Shown: positions 14,840 to 26,500 of the stretch, in pieces
How the letters are laid out: each line of letters opens with the position of its first letter
Numbering within the stretch: position 1 is the stretch's first letter
Assembly (NCBI RefSeq): GCF_035594765.1
Contig: NC_085842.1
Location: forward strand, 281,093,749-281,157,748
Reading direction: 5' to 3'
Source: Anolis carolinensis
Lineage: Eukaryota
DNA: 64,000 bases
Translations under genes and position numbers: made by a program
The notes under the pieces: generated by a model
Seen by the model: the letters and a program-made list of their open reading frames with translations, nothing else
Told to the model about the DNA's origin: nothing
Databases searched by the model: none

Positions 14840-14990
14840 CATTTCTGTGTATTTGATTTATATGTATTTTGAGTTTTTATTGTCCTAGGTTCGAATGGCA
14901 TCGAATTGTTGCTGAGTGTTAGCCGCTCTGAATCCCTCAATGAGAGAGAGAAGGTGGATATAAAACAAAGTAAATAAATAAAATAAAAGT
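14840..14990 (+). mobile_element. L2-type 3' terminus
   Basis: TGTTAGCCGCTCTGAATCCC..GAAGGTGGATATAAA then a (TAAA)n-like tail. Confidence 0.65.
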
Positions 14991-17900
14991 AAGAATTGTG
15001 GTACAATATATCTGGAAATCATAAAATAAGAAAAAAGATGCAGGTTAATAACTTTTTTATACAGCACATCTCAAATCATGGACTTTGTCAGATATGAACA
15101 TGTATTTTATTCTGTGAACTGCCACGTTTCACATAACTGATTTCTCATTTTCTAATTTGATACACAGACACAAGTCTTGATCATATTTATGAAGCATTTT
15201 GTTCCTGAGGAGGGTACATTATAATGACAGCACAAGGTAGTTACGGGATTTCTTCCAAGTCTCTGAGTATATTCTTGGCACCTTCTTGTATATGTGAGGC
15301 TTCCTTTTGCAGAAAGGAACTTTTACAATAACAAGAATATTTTACTAGGGCCATGAGCAAGTGCTTCAGTGCTTAAACTTTGACATTGTTGAGTAAAAAA
15401 CAACAACAACACATAAACCCCAAACAATATGATTGCTAGTGAAGGATTCTGGGAATGGAAGTCCAACAGCATTTTGCAGCATCGTTGGTTAAGAATCACT
15501 GGTGTAGGTTTCCCATTATTTGTGGAAGTTCTGCTGAAAGCTATTGGCATTATTTGTGGTGGTGGGTTTCATTTGAGAAATTCTTTCTCTTCATATATTC
15601 CCTCTACCTGGTGGATCTGATTTCATAGCATCATCTGAGGGTCTTGCTCACTAAGTTAGACAGAAGGCTCAAGTTGTTCTTTTCTAAGAGGGATGAGCCA
15701 TGATAAAATAATTTCCAGAGTACTGAGAAATACACCACAACAGCTGGTGTGTGGTGCTTCCTCCCCCAGGCAAGACGTGGGTTGATGGAACGTTGTCGCC
15801 CCTCTTGTCCACCATGAAGTACATGCATTGAATTTACCAGGATGACTGCCTTCTCTCTGCTTTGTCATTCGAGTGGGAGGAAGGAAATTCAGAAAGAGTT
15901 ATCAGTTCATTTTTGTATTGCCTTCTGCACAGTTTTATAAAGGGGGTCAGATTTCCTGTTTTGTTCCTCTTCCAATGTCACTGTGGGACTAATACTTGCG
16001 TCTACAGGTCTTTGCAACTAGCTTTCACACAGTTTGCAGTCACTGCAGCTCACTAGCTGTAGTTATGTAAATAACCATAATCCTTACTACGCTTCTTCTA
16101 AATGCATGTTAGCTTCTTACCCATGTTTCAGAGATTCTAGTCAAAGTGCAGGTCAAATATAATAAATTACACCTACTCCCCCACTTTAGAAACCCATCTG
16201 GAAAAAGCAAAATTGCTTCTCTAAAGAGTCCTATGGATGCTCCTTGCCTAAATAACTATATGAGGCTATGTAGGGCAAACTTTAAACATGATCTAAGAAT
16301 ATTTATTGGTTTAGAATGCAGTAGGAAGAAAATGTGTAGGAGGAAGGCACCTGTTTATCTCCTGTTCTATACCAGCACCTTTCTCCAAGCTGCTACATTT
16401 TAAATATTTTGGATTATAACTCACATGATTCTTCACCATGGCCATGCTGACTGAGACTGATGGGAGGTAAACTCCAAAATACCAGGAGTACACCAGCTTG
16501 GGGAAAGACTGCCCTGAAGGGAAGAGAATGAAATGTATTAAAAGATTAAACACATTTCTCCCCTGCTACCTTACTTTTGGTCTATCAAAGGCGTAATACA
16601 GAGAGGAAGTGCCTTGGGCTATGTTCTTGATTCTTCCAAAAGTCTAGTTCTTTGTAAGATCTGTTAATGGTGGTTGACCTGAGGATAGTTAATGTGGAAT
16701 ATTAGTTGTAAGCAGGCCCTTCACCTGCATTTGAAGAAAACTTAAGGTGGAATTGAGATTACTGCTCTTATTCAACTATTAATAGTTTAAGGTGTTCTTA
16801 AAAATATATACACATGTATGTCATGCTGTTTCAAGATCTTAGAACGAAATGCTACCCTCCTTTTTTTTTTTTTTTTTACAAAATTGTTAAACATTAAAAA
16901 TGTGAGGACACAATGCATCCATACTGAAGAACGGAATTTATGTTACAAGTTAATGTCATCCCTAATCCTATTATTCACATTCTTAATGATAAAACTTCTA
17001 TCTCTGAATTGCCCTCTTTTCAGAGGAGTTGATTTCTTTGGGCTTTTTCGATAGCTAAAAAATTAATTCTTCAACAGTGGAAAGCTCCATTAATTCCCAA
17101 AATCAAAGACTGCTTTAATGAGCTTAGTGACTTGGCTGAATTTAAAGTAGCTGCAATATACATTTACATAAATTAAATATATTTAAAGAATTTGATCTCT
17201 ATTTTTAGAGAGGTTTTTTATATAAAAAATACTGTTCTACTTTAAGATTGGTTGTCATTAATTTAAAACCCAGATTATTCATGGTTATCAAGACAAAAAA
17301 CTACTATGCATTTCTTGAAACAAACTCAGGTGATATGTTGAAAAAAATATATTCAATGAAGACAGTTATGCCTGTAACACTAATTACTATAGTCTTCCGT
17401 AAAAATAAATTGCTAAACTTGTACATGCAGGAAGTGGAATGTGAATCAATTTTACAAGATGCGAAGTAATCTTTGCACAGCAATGTGAAAGCATAAAAAC
17501 AGAATCACTACATGCTGCTTCAGCAGAGTTAATTACTAAATTGGTCAGGGGTGTTTTGATATTTTGGTTCATTCACAAATAAATTAAATGGTTAAAAGGG
17601 GAGAGGGGAATACCTCAAAAAACTGAAATTTTGGGCTTACATGCCTAAGAACCAAATCACACATAAGGCGAGCTATGATCGGACCTACTTGTTCTATTGT
17701 AAAGTACAGGTGAGTGTAGTGTCCAAATCAACAGCACTCGCACAATCCAAAAAGCCAACTTTGATTTTGCCATTGCCATTGTATATAATGAAACTACAGC
17801 ATCTATGAATTTTGGTACCGGGGGTTGGGAGGGATACCAAGGGCCCACGTATAATTTTAATTGGTATCTTTTTTAAATTATGTCATTAGTTGTTTTTGAG

Positions 17901-18104
17901 AAGGTGAGAGATAAATGAATAACAACAACAGTGATTAATTTTCAGGGCCTTTAAACTATAAATAATCACTTCTTAAAGGTAACTTTCTAAGCTTTGGATG
18001 CAATACTCCTCCATTATCACTGCTCCAATCAGAACTCTATTTCTTCCTCCATACCTGCTTTAGAAGATTGAATCAAGTGAATGTGTACTGGAGTTGTTCT
18101 AAAT

Positions 18105-18239
18105 CAGTGGTTGTCAACCTGTGGGTCCCCAGATGTTTAGGCCTTCAACTCCCAGAAATCCTATCAGCTGGTAAGCTGGCTGGGATTTTTGGGAGTTGTA
18201 GGCCAAAACACTTGGGGACCCACAGGTTGAGAACCACTG
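18105..18239. mobile_element. hAT-family MITE (135 bp)
   Basis: TIRs CAGTGGTTGTCAACCTGTGGGTCCCC / GGGGACCCACAGGTTGAGAACCACTG; 8-bp TSD TTCTAAAT/TTCTAGAT. Confidence 0.92.
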
Positions 18240-19614
18240 TTCTAGATCATAAGTCTTGGCAATTTATGCTCTGTTTAATATACTGGGACAAAGACAATGA
18301 GTCCTGCAGTACAGTTCTTCATGCTATCTGTTGCAAGATGACAATGCATGTGGTTCTCCCTCTTTCTGTCTAAAGTGCCAGACAGATTGTTACACAGTTA
18401 AAATGTCAGTTAAAAATAAATAAACCTATTTGGGAGAGGGCATTTTGTTTATCAAACAAACTCCAAAGTCATTTTTCATTTCTTTTTACGGACAGCACCA
18501 GCAACAATACAAAATTAGTTGTAAAAGGCTTAATTTAAGTAATTCACATCACCAGGGTTCACAGAAATAAATCAATAGCACAGCCCCTTAGATGCCTACA
18601 GGTTCATTCAGCCAAGATTAGAGGTTAAGACCGCATCTTGTACCCTATACACATGGGAGTATGTCTTGTGAAATGCTTTGGGACTTATTGCCGAGTAAAC
18701 ACGCACAAGATTTTGCTGTTAATCTTTTTAAGTTCAATTAAAATTTAAGCAAGCAGTCTGAAAGAAGAGGTTGTGTGAAACATAGCCCTTCAACTCACTT
18801 AGCCCCATGCAAGCATAGCTTGGAAGATCACACTTTGCCCATCTGTGCCCTGTAGTGCTGGGAAACTCTAGAAGGGGTTTCTTTGCTCAATAAAGCAAAT
18901 ATATTTGTTCTCTAATGGCAAGTGTGCTGGTGGTGGTATATTGAAAGCCAGCACTGAGTGAAGAACCTCTTGCCGTTCAGGAAAAAAATGATGACATGCT
19001 TTCCTTAGCAATTCAGAACAAAATTCACTCCCTCCTCAGTGAAGGAAGTGGTGATATGTGGGAGAGAAAGAGTTGTACTTTCAACCACTAATGGACTCAA
19101 AGGATGTGTGATGCTTCTCTTAATTTGGGGCATTTATTTGCATGCTTCTTTTCCACATCTGTTCCCGATGTGAGTTCTGAATCCATATTTGTGGGCATGT
19201 GAATGACTCCATCAGGATAAACTGGCTAGAAAGAACAATTAGCATACTTCTGTATACCAAAATCTTGACTGCAGTATAATTCTATACAGTTTTACATGGT
19301 TGCAAATCCAGGGGGGCTTACACCCATATTTGACTAAAGAAAGGTTTGCTACCTTTTGATTTAAACCTTTTTGCTACCTTTTGATTTTGGACATGAGACC
19401 TGAGTAAGCAAGCATAAGGTTCTGTAGTTGATGTAATAAATTCTTCCTTTTAAAATGTTTTTTGGAGCAGGAATATGGAATGCCTTCCTGTCCTAGAAAT
19501 AGCCCTGTATCATAGATATTTAGGATACTATGTGAAAATGTTTATGTAATGAGTTGTGGTAGTTGTTTCCATTGCTAGGCTGTCAATTCCATTGTTGAGG
19601 AAATAAATTCCCTG

Positions 19615-19817
19615 AAAACCCTGTTTGATCTTAGAAGTTAAGCAGCATCACCCCTAGTTAATACTAGGATGGAAGACTGGCAATGAATATAGTATCATGT
19701 GCTGCAGGCTACATTTCAGAGGAAGGCAATGGCTAACCACCTCTGAATATTCCTCGTGTAAGGAAAAATGATATAATCCATGGAGTTCCCAAAGATCAAC
19801 TGGTGACTTGAAGCCAT
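19615..19817 (+). mobile_element. 5S rRNA-derived SINE with RTE/BovB-like tail
   Basis: TGATCTTAGAAGTTAAGCAG..TAGTTAATACTAGGATGGAAGAC..GTGCTGCAGGCT aligns by eye to 5S rRNA, followed by GAGGAAGGCAATGGCTAACCACCTCTG..GACTTGAAG. Confidence 0.75.
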
Positions 19818-20484
19818 TTCTATTCTGTACTATGTGTTATCTGAGTTCAAAATCTTAGCAGTATTTATCATAGATGCATTAAAGTATTATAATTTTATTT
19901 GTTTTAAAAAAACCTTTGCACTGATTGGTGCCCTCCAGAGTCCTTAAAGAAGCCTGAATCAACTAAAAGGGATGATTCAGGGATATAGCTATAGGGAACC
20001 ACAAACTGAGGACACTGTACTCTCCCAGTAATAAGTCTGCCTGCCCAGGGAAATTTTCCCCCATTTCACAAATTTCTATCATTGCACAGACTTAAAACTG
20101 GAGCTGAGCATTTGGACATACAGTTTAGACACCCAAAGAAATTGTGTACTTACACAGTATCTGCAAACCTCCCTTCTGTCTCCACAGCTGCTTTCTGACG
20201 TTTACTAGGAAGGCTGTGCTTTGTTCTCTTCCTTCAGTCGCTCGCCACCCAAGCATGACTTCCAGGTGCATCAGCAAATGGTATCACTGCCTACTGCTGT
20301 TAAAATTCCTATTGATTTCTCTTTCCCCTTATCATCAGGTACTAAGCACAGTAATTAAAACATCTGGTGCTGTTTTGTAGTGTAATAGCATGATATTCTA
20401 GCCTTTTACCTCCACGGCTGCTGAAAATGGAGCTGCCATTTGCTCTCCTATAATGAAGGGGGAAGATGAGGAGTTCTGTGTGGG

Positions 20485-20617
20485 ACCAAGTGCTGTAGGC
20501 TATATTCCACAAGAAAAAGTTGGCAAAACCACCTCTGAGTATTCCTTGCTTAAGAAAACCCTGTGAAATTCATGGACTTGTCATAAGTTGACAAATGACT
20601 TGAACGAAAACACACAG
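20485..20617 (+). mobile_element. 5'-truncated 5S-derived SINE
   Basis: Begins with the 5S 3' end GTGCTGTAGGCT and continues into the same tail as 19615-19817. Confidence 0.7.
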
Positions 20618-21594
20618 AAATAGTTTACACATGCATTTGTGTGTGTCTTTTTCTTTTGAGTGGGTGGGCAAGTTCATCATCCTGTTAATAGTGTTCGATC
20701 TCCTTGTGTCCACCTGTGTCTCTTCATCCACACTGTACTTCACATCTCTCCATTATTATCTCTTCGACAGACTGGATTGTTTAGGAAAATCCTGAGTCTT
20801 GAGACAAAGAAGACAAAGTCTTTTAGCACAGGGTGAAATCTCTTGCAATGGATTTTCTTTCTATGCTCAGGTTCCCCACAATACTGGTCAGCAGGTCTTC
20901 AGCCAGCCAGCTTATTTTTGTTAGCCATGTCCAGCCCCTTTCATTGGTAGTAAATATAGTTTTATAGCTTTCAGCAACAAAACATTTTTACATATGTTTC
21001 ACATAGTTTACAAAGGTCCCTTATTATCATTTGTTGCCCCTGAAATTAAGTCAGATGGTAGCTTTTATAAAAGAGTTACAAGCATGAAAGACAATGCAGT
21101 CATTACAGTTATGCCATAGGAGACTAAGGAAATGATACTGAAAAAAAAAAGCAACAACATACTTTTGATCCAGACAAGATATGTAACAAGTTTGGACATG
21201 CTGCATTTAAAAATACTCTGCAATGCTTTGCTTTCAACCTCCCCTCCAATATGGAGGGACCACACTCTTTTATGGTGAAATGCAGCCCTTTCTCCTTTCT
21301 GGCTTAGCCTTTCTTGGGTATAGACAGATGGTTTGGTGAAGCTGTTGCCAAATAGGTATTATTCATGGACTACAGCCACCAAAGGGACTCGGTGCACTTG
21401 TAATGATCGGTTGAAACCTTAAGACCAGTCCAGTATACAGGTTTCTGAGGATTTATTTTGACGAGAGTAGAGAAATAATGTATGAAGCGTTTGTTAAGGA
21501 GAGCCTTTGAAATATACTCAATTCATTGCTGAAAGTGTATACCCACGTCTGAAGACAGGTTTTTCTGTGAATTCCAATTTGACTTTGTGATTGT

Positions 21595-21780
21595 ATATGG
21601 GTGTAGTGGTTTGAGTATTGGAGTACAGCTCCAGAGAGCAGGATTTGAATCCCTGCTCAACCTTGAAAACCCACTGGGTGATCTTGGTTGAGTCACATAC
21701 TCTTAGCCCCTGAAAAGCCCATTAAAGGGTCACCTTAGAGTCTCCGTAAGCCGGAAAGGACTTGAAGACACACAACAACT
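21595..21780 (+). mobile_element. Old tRNA-derived SINE with RTE-like tail
   Basis: A box GGTGTAGTGGTT, B box GGATTTGAATCC, CTGGGTGATCTTGG core, GACTTGAAGACACACAACAAC tail. Confidence 0.75.
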
Positions 21781-22400
21781 AATACATTTATAAAGCTATA
21801 GATAGAGATGATATCTATCACCTATCTACCAGTCGATCTAGATTGTTTCTTGGAGTTATAGTTGGAAAAAAGTCACTTGTCCATGCATTGGTTTAATCCC
21901 TTTTTATACAGGAAATGTGTTACTTGTCAATTTTAGAAACAAATCCTTGTTTTTCTGTGTTGTAATTTTCTTTGGGGGAAAAGTGATATGATTAATAGAG
22001 AAATTCTGTACTCCAGTTCTCTTGGCGGGTGTGGAGGAGTGGATGTATGAATGGCATGGCTAAGATTTTGGAATGTTGATGGGAATAAAAGAATTAACCT
22101 GAGGATTTTGAGGGGAGAAAAAACGATTTCACCACTCATTCTGATAAAGAATGTATTCATTTTCTTATGAAATTTTCACAGGTAACTCAGATTGTAATGA
22201 CCATTTTCCTGACCACTTTCTCCGAAGCAGGTAGTGGTGCATGTTCCTTACCGGTCAACCGTGAGGTGCAGTTTTGATTGTGAAAACAGCATAGGACACC
22301 ACTTTTATTGAGAAAACAGCCATCCCTAGATTCATTTCTATTTTAAAATTATGATCCAGTCATGGATGAAACTACTTAAAGTGAAGCTTGTTCCTGAAAA

Positions 22401-22544
22401 NNNNNNNNNNNNNNNNNNNNNNNNNNNNNNNNNNNNNNNNNNNNNNNNNNNNNNNNNNNNNNNNNNNNNNNNNNNNNNNNNNNNNNNNNNNNNNNNNNNN
22501 NNNNNNNNNNNNNNNNNNNNNNNNNNNNNNNNNNNNNNNNNNNN
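22401..22544. other. Assembly gap (144 N)
   Basis: Run of N. Confidence 1.
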
Positions 22545-23185
22545 GTAAAAGAGAAGAGATAGAAAGACGGACGAAGAGATTGTGGATTGTTAAAAGGAAG
22601 TGAAGAAGGAAATTGTTGGAACTCTGTATAGCATATACATTTACTGCACTCTAAGACATAGATACTGAGCTATAGAATATTACATTGTCTAGTGAGAGAA
22701 ATCCCCATGGACTTCTGAGAAACACAGTCAAATTTATTACTGAATTTTGGTGCTGCAGCAACTTCTTCCATCTGTCAAATACTGTTTTTGTCTTCAAGTA
22801 AAGCAAATGTAACCAAGCAGATGGAAAATGTCCAGAAAGAATTAAATAATTTACATTATCATTTTAAAGGCTAAAGGTGTAACATTTTCAAAAATTAATT
22901 ATATTGAGGTTTTTTAAAAGAACATTTGGGGAAAATTGAAATATATACTGTACTTACTTATCAACACTATACTTTCCTACTGAAAAGTTATTATAAATAA
23001 CTTGGGAATCAGGCAATGTAGCATTATTAGACATATTTATGATTTTATTTAGAAAGAATTGGTTGCAAAATGTACAGAGAAATGTATAAGTCATGTTGAA
23101 CTCTATAGCTATCTATAGGATTTCAATGGACATGACTAAATTTTTACTCATAATGAAATTTTTTCAGAACAGTTAGAGCTCTGTT

Positions 23186-23598
23186 CCGTTAAAGGCTTTC
23201 ATAGCTGGAATCACTGGGGTTTTCTGGGCTATATAGCCATGTTCCACAAGCATTATCTCCTGACATTTCGTCCACATCTATGGCAGGCATCCTCAGAGAT
23301 TGTGAGATCTGTTAGAAACTAGGCAAGTGGGGTTAGTTATTGGCCATCTTGATTAGCCATGACTATTCAAGGCTATTAAATGCTAAACAAGGTAGCCAGT
23401 TGCAACATTCACACTTGCCTCAAACAGAAAAGAGTTCTTTCTCCCACCCTGGACATTCCACGGATATATAAACCCCACTTGCCTAGTTTCCAACAGACTT
23501 CACAACCTCTGAGTTGCCAGCCATAGATGTGGGTGAAACGTTAGGAGAGAATACTCCTGTAACATGGCCATACAGCCTGGAAAACTCACAGCAACCCT
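23186..23598. mobile_element. Penelope-like element remnant with inverted terminal (pseudo-LTR) copies
   Basis: Arms ~23215-23335 and ~23470-23597 are inverted copies (CATGGCCATACAGCCTGGAAAACTCACAGCAACCC-type end, recalled as the lizard Penelope terminus); flanked by a 14-bp direct repeat GTTAGAGCTCTGTT (23172-23185) / GTTAGAGTTCTGTT (23599-23612). Confidence 0.85.
23255..23301 (-). ncRNA. Minimal hammerhead ribozyme motif (degenerate) in the Penelope terminus
   Basis: Minus strand reads AUCU-CUGAGGA-U-GCCUGC-CAUAGAU-GUGGAC-GAAA-UG-UC-AGGAG: CUGANGA and GAAA core, imperfect stem II, GUC cleavage triplet. Confidence 0.6.
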
Positions 23599-26500
23599 GT
23601 TAGAGTTCTGTTAAGAAATAATGCTACAGCCTGCTGTACTTCCCCAATTATTCTAGTATGTGTTCATTATTTTATGAATAAAAAATAAGAATGGAAACAG
23701 CTTCAACAGGTTGACAGTAGAGGCAGCCTATTTTGTATTAGACAATTTTTTAAATTATTTTATTTTAGACTGGCCTGAAGGGAACTAACTGTACAATATT
23801 TCTGCACAGCTAAGAAATATTCCTCAGATTGTATCTCCAACCCTTCATCATAACAATTTTTTTATTTTACACAACAGGAAGTTTTTTAAAAAATAAATAA
23901 AAATAAACCAGTTTGTGATGTGGCAGTTGGGTTTACTGTTCAGAGAGAAAGATAAAATAGGCATGTACGTACACACACACACACATGCACTGCTGGACAT
24001 GCCCAAGCTCTTGACTAACCTATAGTTGTTCTTTGGATTCTGGCCAGCATGCAGACCTCAGCATTTCCCCCCGAAACACTAGACTCTCACATTCTTGGGG
24101 AGGAAAACTCAGTAAGTAAACATCCCTGTGAAATAATTAAGTAGTAGCACTGTGTTTGGATATCAAATTAAGCTTTACAACACCATGAACTTCTCAATAA
24201 TATCTCAACTTCATAAACAATAAGCTCTATTCAGACTTCATTGGAATCTGGATCCATTACACACTGAGACTTGCTTGAGAGAAACATGGATAGGAACAAT
24301 CTGCAAGTGAGTACAGAGATAATGAATTGTCTCAGCCCCTCCCCTTTATATAGTTATTTTGATTATTTGCATACTATGCCATTTCAGTATTATCATTGAA
24401 GACACTTAGAATGATATCACATTATGGTTCTAAAACACAAGTCTCCATTTCCCAATCACCTGGTTTGCTCCTGCAGAATTCTGGGAAATTGGGTTTAGGG
24501 AAGTTGAGGACTTCTTTGGATGAGAATTCCAAATACTGGGATTTGAACTCTGTTAAGTTGAAAAATCATGTATCAGTCTCTTTCTTTTTCAAGGCATTGA
24601 AGTTAAATCAACTTGGAACATGCCTGTGGAGCTTAAATTATACACATTTTTAGTTAGCCATCTTGATGCAAGAGTTATTAGCGAACTATATTTTATCCTG
24701 TCAAGTATCAAATGAATAGCGGTTCTATTTGAAGCTTCCCAGCCCTGCCGAAATTAGCTTGGCAGATAGCACTCATCACCTGACTCTGCACAGGGTCAGG
24801 AGCTGTATGCAGCAAAGTCTTTGGCCAATCATGAATAACCAGGGTTGCCAGCTTTGAACTGGTCCTTGCAGATGTAACTTTGATATGCAGATGTGGCCAA
24901 GTGATGTCTCTCCATTATGTCAGAAATGACTCCTGCTGATTTCTGCAGATTATACCAATGTTACTGAAGCAACATAGCTAATGCAGGTTTTTTTTTTTTC
25001 TGGGTCTGAGTGCACACCATGGTGTATATCTTGCCCTGTTGGTGTTTTTCTATTTCCAAGCACCATTTCTTGCTCTTTAGTTGATGCATCCTTGACTATC
25101 TTTCTCTTGGAAAACCTTGAAGATGTTGTTCTTTTTCTGAAATGGTATTTGGGATGGGAGACCTTTTCCTAATTCTTAATGTAATAGTTCCTGCTTCTGA
25201 TGCTGTACAATTTCAGGCCACAGGTAGGATCTTCCATGATGGCTGCTTCTTATGACTCATTGTGTACTTTATTTATTGTGCAAAGTTTTGTTTTTCTTTG
25301 TGATGGCTAAATACTATGTGGGAAACTTGGTGTCAGAGAAATGAGTTCCAGGGCAGTTTTCTCTGCTATTCTTGTTTTCCATTGTACTCTTTTGTTTTCT
25401 TTATATGGAGGAACATTTATATCTGAGAGCCGCACCTACCGTCTAAACAAGGGCAGAGTTCAGAAAAACTGTTTTACACCAAGGCCTTTAATCAGGCAAT
25501 AAATGACGTTGAAATCAAACAAATAAAAATAAAGGAGAACAAAAGCAAGTGAACCTCTCTAAACCAATAACAGTCTCAATATCCATTTTAATCTGTGAAA
25601 ATCAAAGACCTAAATGGAGTTAGAAAGGTGTTGTTAATTTTTTTTGGAGTTCATGTAGATTGTGTCCTCATTTATCCTGCCGTGACCTCACAGTGCCACA
25701 CATGGCCTTTTAGAACTGGGAAAAGGATTAGTGTAATTCCCTCTAGAAGCACTCCTCTGTCACTTCTCAGGCTGTTGGGAACGCGCACAGTCTTGAGCTA
25801 GTTTGTTTTTCATCTGGCACATTCTCTTTAGACATTTCGACGCAAGGGTTTGAATTTAAAACAACGCTGCAGTCTATAAGATCCCACAACAATGTGGCTC
25901 TGGAAACCATGTCTTTGAACTGTGTTTTCGCAAGCATCTGTACTCCAGCACAACATGTTCTCTTGATGAATCCTTTCATTGTATATTAGATAAGCAAGTG
26001 ACCATGCCTTTGGCATTGTAAAATCTGGTGCTCATCCACCATTTTAAAAAAATCTTCAATGCAAACACAGACTTTACAAAGTGTTACATATAACCTACAC
26101 TCCTCCATCACCCAATTTCATGTACTGTATTCATTTTTAAAATGGATACTATTTCAAAACTTTATTTTTGTGAATTACAACTCCCAGTAACCTTCAGTTG
26201 CACAGCCACCAGTCATCCAGGCTTGGGGATTATGGAAGCTGTAGCCTTTCAAAAGTAATTCTCCCAAGATTTACTGTCTGCCATATCCCTTTACAGATTT
26301 TACTCAGGAAATATTTGTGCATCTTATAAGTGGAATAGAACTGATTTTTTTTTCCAATTAATAGAAAATGGGGATGTAATGGACTTGCTAATATATTTAA
26401 CCAAGGAACATCAAGGAAAAAAATTAGCTGAGTCTCACTTTAAACTCTATAAATTGTAAAAGATCGGCTACATGTGATTTGGGGTGAGGCGACAGAGAAT

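Noticed and set aside
19615-19712. Possible 5S rRNA genes (also 59410-59510 and a fragment near 60770)
   Set aside because: Heavily diverged and fused to a SINE tail; they are SINE heads rather than rRNA genes
20154-20296. Minus-strand exon ending at TGT|GTAAGT with peptide MHLEVMLGWRATEGREQ..
   Set aside because: Poor acceptor and no recognisable homology; isolated GTAAGT hexamers are expected by chance
22351-22603. ORFs containing X runs
   Set aside because: Artefacts of translating through the N gap
25767-26016. Overlapping short ORFs in a CpG-retaining block
   Set aside because: No consistent splice sites or homology; may be regulatory but cannot be supported further
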